Below, piece after piece: positions 36,535-46,944 of a stretch of DNA of 46,944 nucleotides; positions within the stretch are counted from its first letter, which is position 1; each line of letters starts with the position of its first letter. A program made the translations under genes and the position numbers. The notes under the pieces were generated by a model that was given only the letters and a program-made list of their open reading frames with translations, did not search any database and had not been told where the DNA came from. The DNA is from Malacoraja senta (Eukaryota), in the NCBI GenBank assembly GCA_038087875.1, contig JAXLNO010000672.1, positions 62,001-108,944 on the forward strand, given 5' to 3'.

Positions 36535-36838
36535 CAGACACAAAAAGCTGGAGTAACTCAGCAGGTCAGACAGCATCTCTGGAGAAAGGGAATAGGTGTC
36601 GCTTCAGTCGAGACCCTTCTTCAGACTCTGGGACTTCAGTTTTTAGTGTCTATCTTCGGTTTAAACCAGCATCTGCAGTTCCTTCCTACACCTACTGCTG
36701 AGGCATCCCCCTCAAAGCCTTGACTGCCTTGATATATGTCTGAAGAAGGGTTTTGGCCCAAAACGTTGCCTATCTCCTTCGCTCCATAGATGCTGCTGCA
36801 CCCGCTGAGTTTCTCCAGCATTTGTTTGTGTACCTTTG
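36535..36838. mobile_element. Penelope-derived terminal repeat fragments
   Basis: GCTGGAGTAACTCAGC, CCCTTCTTCAGAC, CAGCATCTGCAGTTCCTT and CTGAAGAAGGG..AAACGTT motifs shared with 32663 and 42607. Confidence 0.75.
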
Positions 36839-37130
36839 ATATATGACTAGTTCGGTCTTTTTCTACAGGATTGATAATGTCATTGAAATGCATAGGGTTG
36901 CAATACTTACACCAGCCAGCCCGGGCAAGGAGCTAGGAGACTAGCTGCAAACTGCAGCTGGCCCCTCCTCTTAACACAAATGCTCTGCTGCTAGACTTGA
37001 TGCTGAATCATCTGCCAGCTCAAGATAACCTTGATCAGCTGAAGGAGCTGGGATCGAGGACTTGCCAACATTAATGTAAGAGTGATTAAGTTTATTGCCA
37101 ACATTAATTGAAGAGTGACAAATATTAGAA

Positions 37131-37413
37131 TTCAGAGATACAGCATGGAAACATGCCCTTTGGCCCACGGAGTCCACGCTGTTTAACGATCAACCCATAC
37201 ACAAACACTACACGACACACTAGGGACAATTTACAATTTACAGAAGCCAATTAACTTACAAACATATACGTCTTTGGAGTGTGGGAGGAAACCGGAGCAC
37301 CTGGAGAAAACCCACACAGTCACAGGTAGAACGTACAAACTCCGTACAGACAGTGCAGGATTAAAGCCGGGTCTCTGGAGCTGTAGGGCAGGATCTCTAC
37401 CGCTGTGCTGCCC
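37131..37413 (-). mobile_element. V-SINE
   Basis: Reverse-complement similarity to 33654-33977. Confidence 0.85.
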
Positions 37414-37877
37414 TGCATCGAGAGATTCCAATCCAAAGTTTTAGAGGAATTAGTTGAAAATACTGCAGATATCTATATAATTAAAAGTCTCATCTTGACC
37501 ACTTCCTGTTTGCACTGTGCTTTGATTTAAAAAAAAAAATTACCACATATGGTTGTGATTTTTTGGCCATCTTACTCAGAGTCCTCCTCCACTGCGCAGG
37601 CCCCGAGGATTTTTCTCATCGATGAAAAATAAAAGACTTATTAGTGTTTTAAAAATCTTGAGATTCTCTCTCCTGTCAATCACCGCCATGAAGGCCAGGC
37701 CCCTTCCGGTGGGAGAGGGGAGGGACTACAAAACCCGGAAATGTGGGCGTGGCTCAGTCTGTCTGCAAGATGGCGAGTAAGAGGTCATGACTCTCTGTCT
37801 GAGCTGGGAAACTACAGAACACTGTGAGTATGCAATGTACTTGAATAAATGCTTTGTTTGCCCTTAATGAAAATGAA

Positions 37878-38860
37878 ATGAGTTGTTTGGCCTGCCCTGT
37901 GCTTGAAACTGCAATGGTAATGGAAATGAAGTGAAAATGCAATGAGCTGTTTGGCTTGGGCCTGCCCTGTGCTTGAAACTGCAATGGCAATGGATATGAA
38001 GTGAAAATGCAATGAGCTGTTTGGCTTGGGCCTGCCCTGTGCTTGAAACTGCAATGGCAATGAAAATGAAGTGAAAATGCAATCTGTTTGGCTTGAGTCT
38101 GCCATGTGCTTGAAACTGCAATGGCAATGGAAATGTAGTGAAAATGCAATGAGCTGTTTGGCTTGAGTCTGCCCTGTGCTTGAATGTGCAATGGCATGGA
38201 AATGAAGTGAAAATGCAATGAGCTGTTTGGCTTGAGCCTGCCCTGTGCTTGAAAGTGCAATGGCAATGGAAATGAAGTGAAAATGCAATCAGCTGTTTGT
38301 CTTGAGCCTGCCCTGTGCTTGAAAGTGCAATGGGAATGGAAATGAAATGAAAATGCAATGAGCTGTTTGGCTTGAGTCTGCCCTGTGCTTGAATGTGCAA
38401 TGGCATGGAAATGAAGTGAAAATGCAATGAGCTGTTTGGCTTGAGCCTGCCCTGTGCTTGAAAGTGCAATGGCAATGGAAATGAAGTGAAAATGCAATCA
38501 GCTGTTTGTCTTGAGCCTGCCCTGTGCTTGAAAGTGCAATGGGAATGGAAATGAAATGAAAATGCAATCAGCTATTTGGCTTGAGCCTGCCCTGTGCTTG
38601 AAAGTGCAATGGCAATGGAAATGAAGTGAAAATGCAATCAGCTGTTTGGCTTGAGCCTGCCCTGTGCTTGAAAGTGCATTGGCAATGGAAATGGAAATGA
38701 AGTGAAAATGCAATCAGCTGTTTGGCTTGAGCCTGCCCTGTGCTTGAAACTGCAATGGCAATGGAAGTGAAATGAAAATGCAATGAGCTATTCGGCCTGC
38801 CCTGTGCTTGAAACTACAATGCAATTGGAAATGAAATAAAATGAGTTGTTTGGCCTGCCT
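37878..38860. repeat. ~70-bp tandem array (about 14 units) inside Helitron copy A
   Basis: Unit AGCTGTTTGGCTTGAGCCTGCCCTGTGCTTGAAAGTGCAATGGCAATGGAAATGAAGTGAAAATGCAAT(C/G), period 70 (38221 to 38291). Confidence 0.95.
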
Positions 38861-39301
38861 GAAACCACTAATTTCGGCCCACAAGGCCCCGATTAGCCGA
38901 GAAACCAGTCCCTTTTGCCCAAAATGCCCGTATTAGCCCAGGAGGAGCATTTTGGCCTAAAAGGCCCATGCCAGGCCAGGAAAAGTCCAGAAAAAGTGCC
39001 TTTCACTGAGATTTCACCCAGATATTTTTTAAGAGCCCATTCGGCCCATCAGGCCTGTACTAGCCCAGGAGTCTCTTCAGCCCATCAGTAAGTATTCCCC
39101 CTGCAAGTATTAAACCTCACACAGTATTTTTTTCCCTCCCTTCATTTGCTCCCTGTGAGATCCAGGCCAGGATAGACTTTCCTCCTTCATTGCTGTGATC
39201 TGCAGAAAAAGATGAAAAATGTCTAAAATTGATTCTCCACTCTCTCCCCCGACTCTCTCACAGGGTCTCTCACCTGATTTGGGCAAAACTTCTGGCGGTT
39301 T

Positions 39302-39437
39302 CTGAGCTGCCAGCCCACCAGGCCTGAGTGACTGAGTTGCCAGCCCACCAGGCCTGAGTAACTGAGCTGCCAGCCCACCAGGCCTGAGTGACTGAGCTGC
39401 CAGCCCACCAGGCCTGAGTGACTGAGCTGCCAGCCCA
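39302..39437. repeat. 30-bp tandem repeat (about 4.5 units) inside Helitron copy A
   Basis: CTGAGCTGCCAGCCCACCAGGCCTGAGTGA, period 30. Confidence 0.93.
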
Positions 39438-39767
39438 AGAATCCATTTGGCCCACAATGTGCATACTAGCCCTCTGGAAACATGTCCCTTTGGCCCAAAC
39501 ACCCATACTAGCACTACAGAAAGACCCCCCCCCCCCCACTGGCCAGCAATATTGGAATTGGTGGAGAGGTGGAATATTGCGTTGGGGGACCAGCCCTCCT
39601 GTGTGAACATGGGACCCAAAGGGTCCCACTTAGTCTAGTATGAACTATAATTTTCACATTCTCTTAATTTGTGGACATCCTCTTAAACTGTAAGGACATT
39701 ATTATAATCCACATTTAAGGACTGAATTTAAATTTTCAGTTAATGAAAAAGAGCCAGCATGGTGACA

Positions 39768-39945
39768 TGAGGAACTGTGGATGATGGAATCTTGAGCAAA
39801 ACACAAAGTACTGGAGGAACTCAGTGGGTCTGGCAGCATCTGTGGAGGGAATGGACTGACTAAAGAAGGGTTTTGACCCGAAACCTTATCTGTCAATTCC
39901 CTCCACAGATGTTGCCTGACCCGTGGAATTCTTCCATCATTTTTT
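39768..39945. mobile_element. Decayed Penelope-derived miniature element
   Basis: CTGGAGGAACTCAG..GCAGCATCTGTGGAGGGAAT arm and its inverse ATTCCCTCCACAGATG around GAAGGGTTTTGACCCGAAAC. Confidence 0.65.
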
Positions 39946-40267
39946 GTTTTAAACCGAGCTTGATAATTCCTGACTGTAAATTGGATTTTTTGATTAATTA
40001 GTGGAGAATGGCTACTGGGACTTCTATCGACCATGTGATAAAGGCACTCATTAGAAACATAACTAAAACTGAAATGCACAGAATTGTTGGACTTTTAATG
40101 ACCTGGCTGGGAAACGTCATGAGCGATGGGAGGCAGACTAGGGATTGTGGATGGGCATGAAGATTGGTTTGTTGTGACAGGTTTGGACCTGTCACACTAC
40201 AAAGTGTCAGTATTGCAATTACCAATGTGCAGCACATTCAGAATTTAGAGGTTTGGATACAAATTTG

Positions 40268-40555
40268 GCGGCATGGTGCGTGGTGCAGTGGTAGAGTTGC
40301 TGACTTACAGCGCCAGTGACCCGGGTTCAATCCTAACCACCAGTGCTGTCTGTACTGAGTTTGTACGTTTTCCCAGTGACCTGCATGGGTTGTCTCTGGT
40401 AGCTTTGTAGGTTTGTAGGTTTGTAGGTTAATTAGCATGGCATAATTGTAAATTGTCCCTTGTGTGTAGGATAGTGTTAATGTGCGGGGATCGCTGGTCA
40501 GTGCGGACTCTGTGGGCCGAAGGATCTGTTTCCATGCTGTATCTCTAAACTAAAC
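40268..40555 (+). mobile_element. V-SINE
   Basis: B box GGTTCAATCC, V core, (CTAAA)n tail. Confidence 0.85.
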
Positions 40556-41162
40556 AAAGACAACAGTTTGTAAGCAGTTTAGATGGACGATCTAAATTGA
40601 CAAACACCTAAAGAGAGCAAAGAAGCTAATCTGTAGCAACTACATTTTAATAAAGATAAATGATATGTCATTCTTTTTGTACTTGTATAATTTATGAAAT
40701 GCTAGAAGCAAGGGTTGGGTAGAAACAGAAATTATCATAAAAGCTAATGGAGGACTGGCCTTTGGAGAAGAATACAAAAGAATAAAAGTTATGTAACAGA
40801 TTAAGAAAAACTGGAAAGACCACAGATTTTGAGAGATGTGCAAGGCACCATATTTGGAATTAAGTGTCTACACTACATATCCTTCACAATATAATAAGAT
40901 TGTGAAAGATATTTGAGGGATATAATTTAGTTTCAAAGTCGAGATTAACATTAAACCACTAACATGCCTGCTGGACAAGTTCCACTCATTACACAGATCT
41001 GGTATCTGTTGATATGTGTTGATAACTGTTCGCATGACTCATCCTATCACAGACATCCCTTTATACAACCTGCACCTTCACCTCCCACTGAAAATCTACT
41101 TGTCTCTACTTGTCAGTTCTGAGAAAGGGTTGGAGGCTTAAGAACTTTGACCACACTAACGA

Positions 41163-41640
41163 CAGAAGCCAATTAACCTACAAACCTGCACATCTTTAAA
41201 ATGTAGGAGGAAACCGGAGCACCTGGAGAAAAACCTCACAGTCACAGGGAGAACATAGAAACATAGAACATAGGTGCAGGGGTAGGCCATTTGGCCCTTC
41301 GAGGCAGCACCGCCATTCAATATGGTCATGGCTGATCATCCTAACTCAGTACCCCGTTCCTGCTTTCTCCCCATATCCCTTGAGTCCATTAGTGCTAAGA
41401 GCTAAATCTAACTCGCTCTTGAAAACATCCAGTGAATTGGCCTCCACTGCCTTCTGTGGCAGAGAATTCCACAGATTTACAACTCTGGATGAAAAAGTTT
41501 TTCCTCATCTACTCTCTGGGTGAAAAGGTTTTTCCTCATCGTACAAACGTACGTAAAAACTCCGTACAGATAGCACTCATGGTTAGGATCGAACGGGTCT
41601 CTGGCGCTGTACGGCAGCAACTCCACCAATGTCCTGCCCT
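41163..41640 (-). mobile_element. V-SINE interrupted by a CR1 3' fragment (41255-41539)
   Basis: SINE core GGGAGAAC|GTACAAAC is split by a reverse-strand CR1 end similar to 23200-23456. Confidence 0.8.
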
Positions 41641-41811
41641 TGTGGCACTGTGACGCCCTGAGATGCTGGGAGAAGATGAAGCACACTGACATTGGGGGCA
41701 TGGGAAATAAAAAGTGGGTGGGGTATTACAAGGCTGAGAATATTCTGTACTCTGCACTTTGCTCTATCTATTGTACTTGTTTAACTTGATTGTATTTATG
41801 TATAGTATTAT

Positions 41812-42550
41812 CTGAAAGAATTCAATGTTCATACGGTTGGGTTGTAAGCTAGCCAAGCGGAATATGAAGTGTTGTTCCTCTAATTTGCACTTGGCCTCAC
41901 CTTGGCTATGGAGGAGGCCAAGGACGGAAAGATCAGTAGGGGAAGGGGAGTTAAAACGGTTAGCAACCGAGAGATTCAACAGGTCTGGGCAGTAAGTATC
42001 GGGAAAATGGCTGCCTAGTCTACGTTTGGTTTTGGCTAAGTAAAGGAGGTAACATCGGGAGGATCAAGTAACTTAGACAAGGCTTGACGAGATGCATGTA
42101 AACCTCTATCTCAACTGGAAGGGTTGCTGTGGTCCATGGATGGAAGTGAGAGAGGAGGTGTAAGAACCAGCATTACATCTCCTGCGGTTGCAGGGGAAAG
42201 TACTGAAGGAGGGAGTAGGATAGGTGGGAAGGGATGAGTAAACCAAGGAGTTGCAGAGGGATTGGTCTCTACGGAAAGTGGAAAAAAGTGGGAATGGGAA
42301 ATATGACTGGCGGTGCGATCATGTTGAAGGTGGCGGAAATGTCAGAGAATGTTTTGTTGGATGCGGAAGGAGCTGGCGTGAAAGGTTAAAAGCAAGGAAA
42401 CGCTATCCCTGTTCCCTCTGAGGGAAGGGGGAGTGAGAGCAGAACTGCTAGATCCAGGGGAGAAATTGGCTGGGGTTCTGTCCACAACAGCAGCGGGAAA
42501 CCATGTTTACTGAAGATAAAGGACAGCTCAAATGTCCTAGAGTGGAAGGT
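41812..42550 (-). mobile_element. Old Penelope-like element fragment
   Basis: Decayed GIY-YIG C-terminus (KLEEQHFIFRLASLQPNRMNIEF) homologous to 42822-43110. Confidence 0.72.
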
Positions 42551-42699
42551 ACAAGAAAGTATTGTTCATACCTGACATACCATCCAGGACAATTAGAGCA
42601 AGACATTTAAGGAGGAATTGCAGATGCTGGAAAATTGAAGGTAGACATAAATGCTGCAGAAACTCAGCGGGTGAGGCAGCATCTATGGAGCAAAGGAAA

Positions 42700-42737
42700 T
42701 ATGCAACGTTTCGGGTCAAAATCCTTCTTCAGACTGT
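42700..42737 (-). ncRNA. Minimal hammerhead-ribozyme-like motif in the Penelope terminal repeat
   Basis: Minus strand CTGAAGA-A-GGATTTTGACCC-GAAAC-GTT: CUGANGA and GAAA core with a palindromic stem III; stem II carries a mismatch. Confidence 0.55.
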
Positions 42738-42821
42738 GAGGGTGGGGGGCGGGAAGAAGAAAGGGTAGAGGTGGAGCCAGTGGGCTGAGGGAGAGCTTAG
42801 AAGGGGAGGAGAAAGTAGGGA

Positions 42822-43115
42822 CTACCTGAAATGAGAGAAGTCAATGTTCATACCGCTGGGGTGCAAACTGCCCAAGCGAAATATGAGGTGCTGCTCCTCC
42901 AATTTACGGTGGTCCTCACTCTGGCCATGGAGGAGGCCCAGGCCAGAAAGGTCAGATTCAGAATGGGAGGGGGAGTTAAAGTGCTGAGCCACCAGGAGAT
43001 CAGGTTGGTTATTGCGAACCGAGCTGAGGTGTTGGGCAAAGCGATCGCCAAGCCTACGCTTGGTCTCACCGATGTAGAGCAGCTGACATCTCGAGCAGCG
43101 GATGCAATAGATGCA
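42822..43115 (-). pseudogene. Penelope GIY-YIG endonuclease fragment
   Basis: IYCIRCSRCQLLYIGETKRRLGDRFAQH..VAQHFN..LEEQHLIFRLGSLHPSGMN. Confidence 0.9.
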
Positions 43116-43310
43116 GGTGCAGATGCAGATAGGAGGAGGTGCCGGTGAATTAGAGCAAGACATCAGTTTTGCTCTCAGTAGGCAAGAAAGATTGCTTGGT
43201 GTTCAGATTTTATTCCTGGAAGCAGAGTGAGAAAGAATCAAACTTGTTTAAAAGAATGGAATTAGAGCCAATTGTGAGATATTGACTGATTTGATGCTGA
43301 GAATACATAA

Positions 43311-44664
43311 TCTATATTACTAAAAATCTGATCTTGACCACTTCCTGTTGTTCTGTATATTAATTTTATCAAAAACGCTGCCACTTACGGCTGTGATTTT
43401 TGGCTAACTTACTCAGAGTCCCCCTCCGCTGCGCAGGACAAGAGGATTTTTCCCATCAATGAAAAATAAAAGAGTTATTAGTGTTTAAAAAATGTTGAGA
43501 TTCTCTCTCCTGAAGGCCACGCCCCTTCCGGAGGGACTATAAAACCCAGAAGTGTTGAGTGCCTCAGTCATTCTCTGCAAGATGGGGGAGCGAGAGGGTC
43601 ATGTCTCTCAGTCTGAGCTGTGAATAACACTGAACACATGTGTACTAAACTGTGAGCGGTTTTACTGACCTGTCAGCGCCCTTAATGTGGTTTGAAAATA
43701 TAGTTTGGAAATGCTAAAGCTGATTTGCCTTTGGTTTGGAAATGCTAAAGCTGTGTTGCCTTTGGTTTGGAAATGCTAAAGCTGTGTTGCTTTTGGTTTG
43801 GAAATGCTAAAGCTGTGTTGCCTTTGGTTTGGAAATGCTAATGCTGTGTTGTCTTTGGTTTGGAAATGCTAAAGCTGTGTTGCCTAATTAAAGTTGCCTT
43901 GCCTAATTAAAGTTGCCTTGCCTTCTATATAATTAAAAGTCTAATCTTGACCACTTCCTGTTTGTGCTTTATATTGATTTTAGAAACAACGCTACCACAT
44001 AGAGCTGTGATTTTTGGCCATCTTACTCAGAGTCCCCCTCCGTTCATCAGGTGCCGAGGATTTTTCCCATCGATGAAAAATAAAAGTTATTAGTGTTTAA
44101 AAAATGTTGAGATTCTCTCTCCTGTCAATCACGCCATGAAGGCCACGCCCCTTCTGGTGGGGGGGGGGACTATAAAACCCAGAAGTGTGGGCATGGCTCA
44201 GTCTCTGCAAGATGGAGGAGGGAGAGGTCACGACTCGCTGTCTTTAGTGGCATTGCACCCTGCTTGAAATGGTATGAAACTACACTTGAATTTGGTGGCC
44301 TTGCACCCTGCTTGAAGTGGTAAGAAACTGCACTTGAATTTGGTGGCCTTGCACCCGGCTTGAAATGGAATTTCAAGGAATAGCCATGAGTCAACTGTCA
44401 GCCCACCAGCCGTGAGTGAGTGAACTGCCAGCACAACAGGTTTGAGTGAATGAGCCGCCAGCCTAAGAATCCATTCGGCCCACAATGTCCAGACTAGCCC
44501 TCTGGAAACCAGTCCCTTCAGCCCACATCACCCATACTAGTGCTCCAGAAAGCCCCCCCCCCCACTGGCCACCAATATTGGAATCGGTGGAGAGGTGGAA
44601 TATTGCCTTGGGGGACCAACCCTCCCATGTGATGCTGGGACCCAACGGGTCCCACTTAGTCTAG
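43311..44664 (+). mobile_element. Composite two-headed non-autonomous Helitron-like element (copy B), complete
   Basis: A|TCTATATTAC start, second head TCTATATAATT at 43924, hairpin TGGGACCC-AAC-GGGTCCCA, then CTTAGTCTAG|T at 44664. Confidence 0.88.
43700..43923. repeat. 31-bp tandem repeat (about 6 units) plus two 19-bp units inside copy B
   Basis: TTGGTTTGGAAATGCTAAAGCTGTGTTGCCT, period 31 (43731 to 43762), then (AATTAAAGTTGCCTTGCCT)x2. Confidence 0.95.
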
Positions 44665-45088
44665 TATAGATCTATTAGGCATTGTCTCAAATTATTGTTT
44701 TTTTTTGTGAAATTCTGACTTGAATGAGAAGAGATGAGTTGAGGACAGTCTGTATCATGGTCGAAGAGATGCTGGATGTTTTAGGTTGTATAAAATTAGA
44801 TAAAACTCCTGTGTTTGATCAGATGTATTGAAGAACATTGTGGGAAACTAGAGAAGAAAGAGTCCTAGCTGAGACATAAGAGACATAAGAGACGGATGGA
44901 GTATGTTATGGGAGAAATGAGTGGTTGTTGTAAGATCAAAGATTACAATTCTGACAAACAATTACATATCACTATTCAGGGTGATCTTGGAGTGCAGATT
45001 CATGGACCAAAGTCAATCTGGAAATATAATAAAGAATTATGATGTCAAATAGTTGGTTTAGATTTTTTGGGAAGGATGCTTAAGTATA

Positions 45089-46703
45089 CAGTGGCTTGCA
45101 AAAGTTTTCATACCCCTTGAACTTTTCCACATTTTGTCACGTTACAACCACAAACGTAAATGTATTTTATTGGGATTTTATGTGATAGACCAACACAAAG
45201 TGGTGCATAATTGTGAAGTGGAAGGAAAATGATACATGGTTTTCAAATTTTTTTACAAATAAAAAACTGAAAAGTGTGGCATGCAAAAGTATTCAGCCCC
45301 CGAGTCAATACTTTGTAGAACCACCTTTCGCTGCAATTACAGCTGCAAGTCTTTTGGGGTAAGTCTCTACCAGCTTTGCACATCAAGAGACTGAAATTTT
45401 TGCCCATTCTTCTTTGCAAAATAGCTCAAGCTCAGTCAGATTGGATGGAGAGCGTCTGTGAACAGCAATTTTCAAGTCTTGCCAGAGATTCTCAATTGGA
45501 TTTAGGTCTGGACTTTGACTGGGCCATTCTAACACATGAATATGCTTTGATCTAAACCATTCCATTGTAGCTCTGGCTGTATGTTTAGGGTCGTTGTCCT
45601 GCTGGAAGGTGAACCTCCACCCCAGTCTCAAGTCTTTTGCAGACTCTAACAGGTTTTCTTCCAAGATTGCCCTGTATTTGGCTCCATCCATCTTCCCATC
45701 AACTCTGACCAGCTTCCCTGTCCCTGCTGAAGAAAAGCATCCCCACAGCATGATGCTGCCACCACCATGTTTCACAGTGGGGATGGTGTGTTCAGGGTGA
45801 TGTGCAGTGTTAGGTTTCCGCCACACATAGCGTTTTGCATTTAGGCCAAAAACTTCAATTTTGGTCTCATCTGACCAGAGCACCTTCCTCCACATGTTTG
45901 CTGTGTCCCCCACATGGCTTGTGGCAAACTGCAAACAGGACTTCTTATGGCTTTTTTTCAACAATGGCTTTCTTCTTGCCACTCTTCCATAAAGGCCCGA
46001 TTTGTGGAGTGCATGACTAATAGTTGTCCTGTGGACAGATTCTCCCATCTGAGCTGTGGATCTCTGCAGCTCCTCCAGAGTTACCATGGGCCTCTTGGCT
46101 GCTTCTCTGATCAATGCTCTCCTTGCCCGGCCTGTCAGTTTAGGTGGACGGCCATGTCTTGGTAGGTTTGCAGTTGTGCCATACTCTTTCCATTTTCGGA
46201 TGATGGATTGAACAGTGCTCCGTGAGATGTTCAAAGCTTGGGATATTTGTTTATAACCTAACCCTGCTTTAAACTTCTCCACAACTTTATCCCTGACCTG
46301 TCCGGTGTGTTCCTTGGGCTTCATGATGCTGTTTGTTCACTAATGTTCTCTAACAAACCTCTGAGGCCTTCACAGTACAGCTGTATTTATACTGAGATTA
46401 GATTACACACAAGTGGACTATATTTACTAATTAGGTGACTTCTGAAAGCAATTGGTTGCACTGGATTTTATTTAGGGGTATCAGAGTAAAGGGGGCTGAA
46501 TACTTTTGCACGCCACACTTTTCAGTTTTTTATTTGTAAAAACATTTGAAAAGCATGTATCATTTTCCTTCCACTTCACAATTATGCGCCACTTTGTGTT
46601 GGTCAATCACATAAAATCCCAATAAAATACATTTACGTTTGTGGTTGTAACGTGACAAAATGTGGAAAGGTTCAAGGGGTATGAATACTTTTGCAAGCCA
46701 CTG
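45089..46703 (-). mobile_element. Tc1/mariner DNA transposon (Tc1 family, IR/DR-type long TIRs), full length
   Basis: About 212-bp TIRs beginning CAGTGGCTTGCAAAAGT (45089-45300 and 46491-46703), TA duplicated at both ends, TGCAAAAGT.TTCA repeated at both ends of each TIR. Confidence 0.97.
45305..46324 (-). pseudogene. Tc1 DD34E transposase with a single premature stop at 45383-45385
   Basis: Paired-like HTH with GRPPK, then WSDETK, FQQDNDPKH and SPDLNPIE with 34 residues between D and E. The frame continues CAKLVETYPKRLAAVIAAKGGSTKY* after the TGA. Confidence 0.93.
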
Positions 46704-46944
46704 TAGAAGGTGTAAGCACAAAAGAATGCAAATGTCGGAATCTGTGGAAAACCTCAATGATGACCATTCGTTATCACTTACAGCTACCGTAATGAAGTGA
46801 ATCGAGTGGTTGATTATGGCACAAATCTACTTTTGCCTCATAAATGATTTGGATCCACTTTAATTTGTCCATCACCACATCGGGTCAACAGCTGATGGTA
46901 TTTCACTGCTCCGTAGCATCTGGATAACAGGGACACGTACGTTA

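Larger units (their letters stand above)
37472..39638 (+). mobile_element. Non-autonomous Helitron-like element (copy A), complete
   Basis: A|TCTATATAATTAAAAG start; perfect hairpin TGGGACCC-AAA-GGGTCCCA (39610-39628) 10 nt before the CTAG|T end; no TSD, no TIR. Confidence 0.88.
42607..43147 (-). mobile_element. 5'-truncated Penelope-like element
   Basis: GIY-YIG coding end plus terminal repeat; 16-bp TSD AATTAGAGCAAGACAT at 42591-42606 and 43148-43163. Confidence 0.9.

Noticed and set aside
37754..38783. His/Cys-rich repeat ORFs on the minus strand
   Set aside because: All three frames are open in places because of the 70-bp tandem unit; there is no coding signature.
37472..44664. Autonomous Helitron (Rep/helicase)
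   Set aside because: No HUH or PIF1-helicase motifs in any ORF in the window; the Helitron call rests on termini only.

Overview
Eukaryotic (vertebrate) repeat-dense DNA with no recognisable host gene. The V-SINE, CR1 and Penelope repertoire suggests a cartilaginous fish such as a skate or ray, which is an inference. The organising feature is a family of non-autonomous Helitron-like elements (5'-TC...hairpin-CTAG-3', inserted at A|T) with conserved ends and interchangeable central tandem arrays. Two compact copies lie at 37472-39638 and 43311-44664. A third, giant copy (<1-31404) appears to have blown its first array up into the ~9.8 kb 41-bp satellite that opens the window. That giant copy then collected a stack of nested insertions: a full-length L1 (itself carrying a young Ty3/Gypsy LTR element and a non-coding retroposon), a CR1, and an L1 with another L1 inside it. 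The rest of the window holds an LTR-like fragment, old CR1 pieces, V-SINEs, a PIF/Harbinger-type MITE, Penelope fragments with hammerhead-like motifs, and a nearly intact Tc1 (DD34E) transposon.
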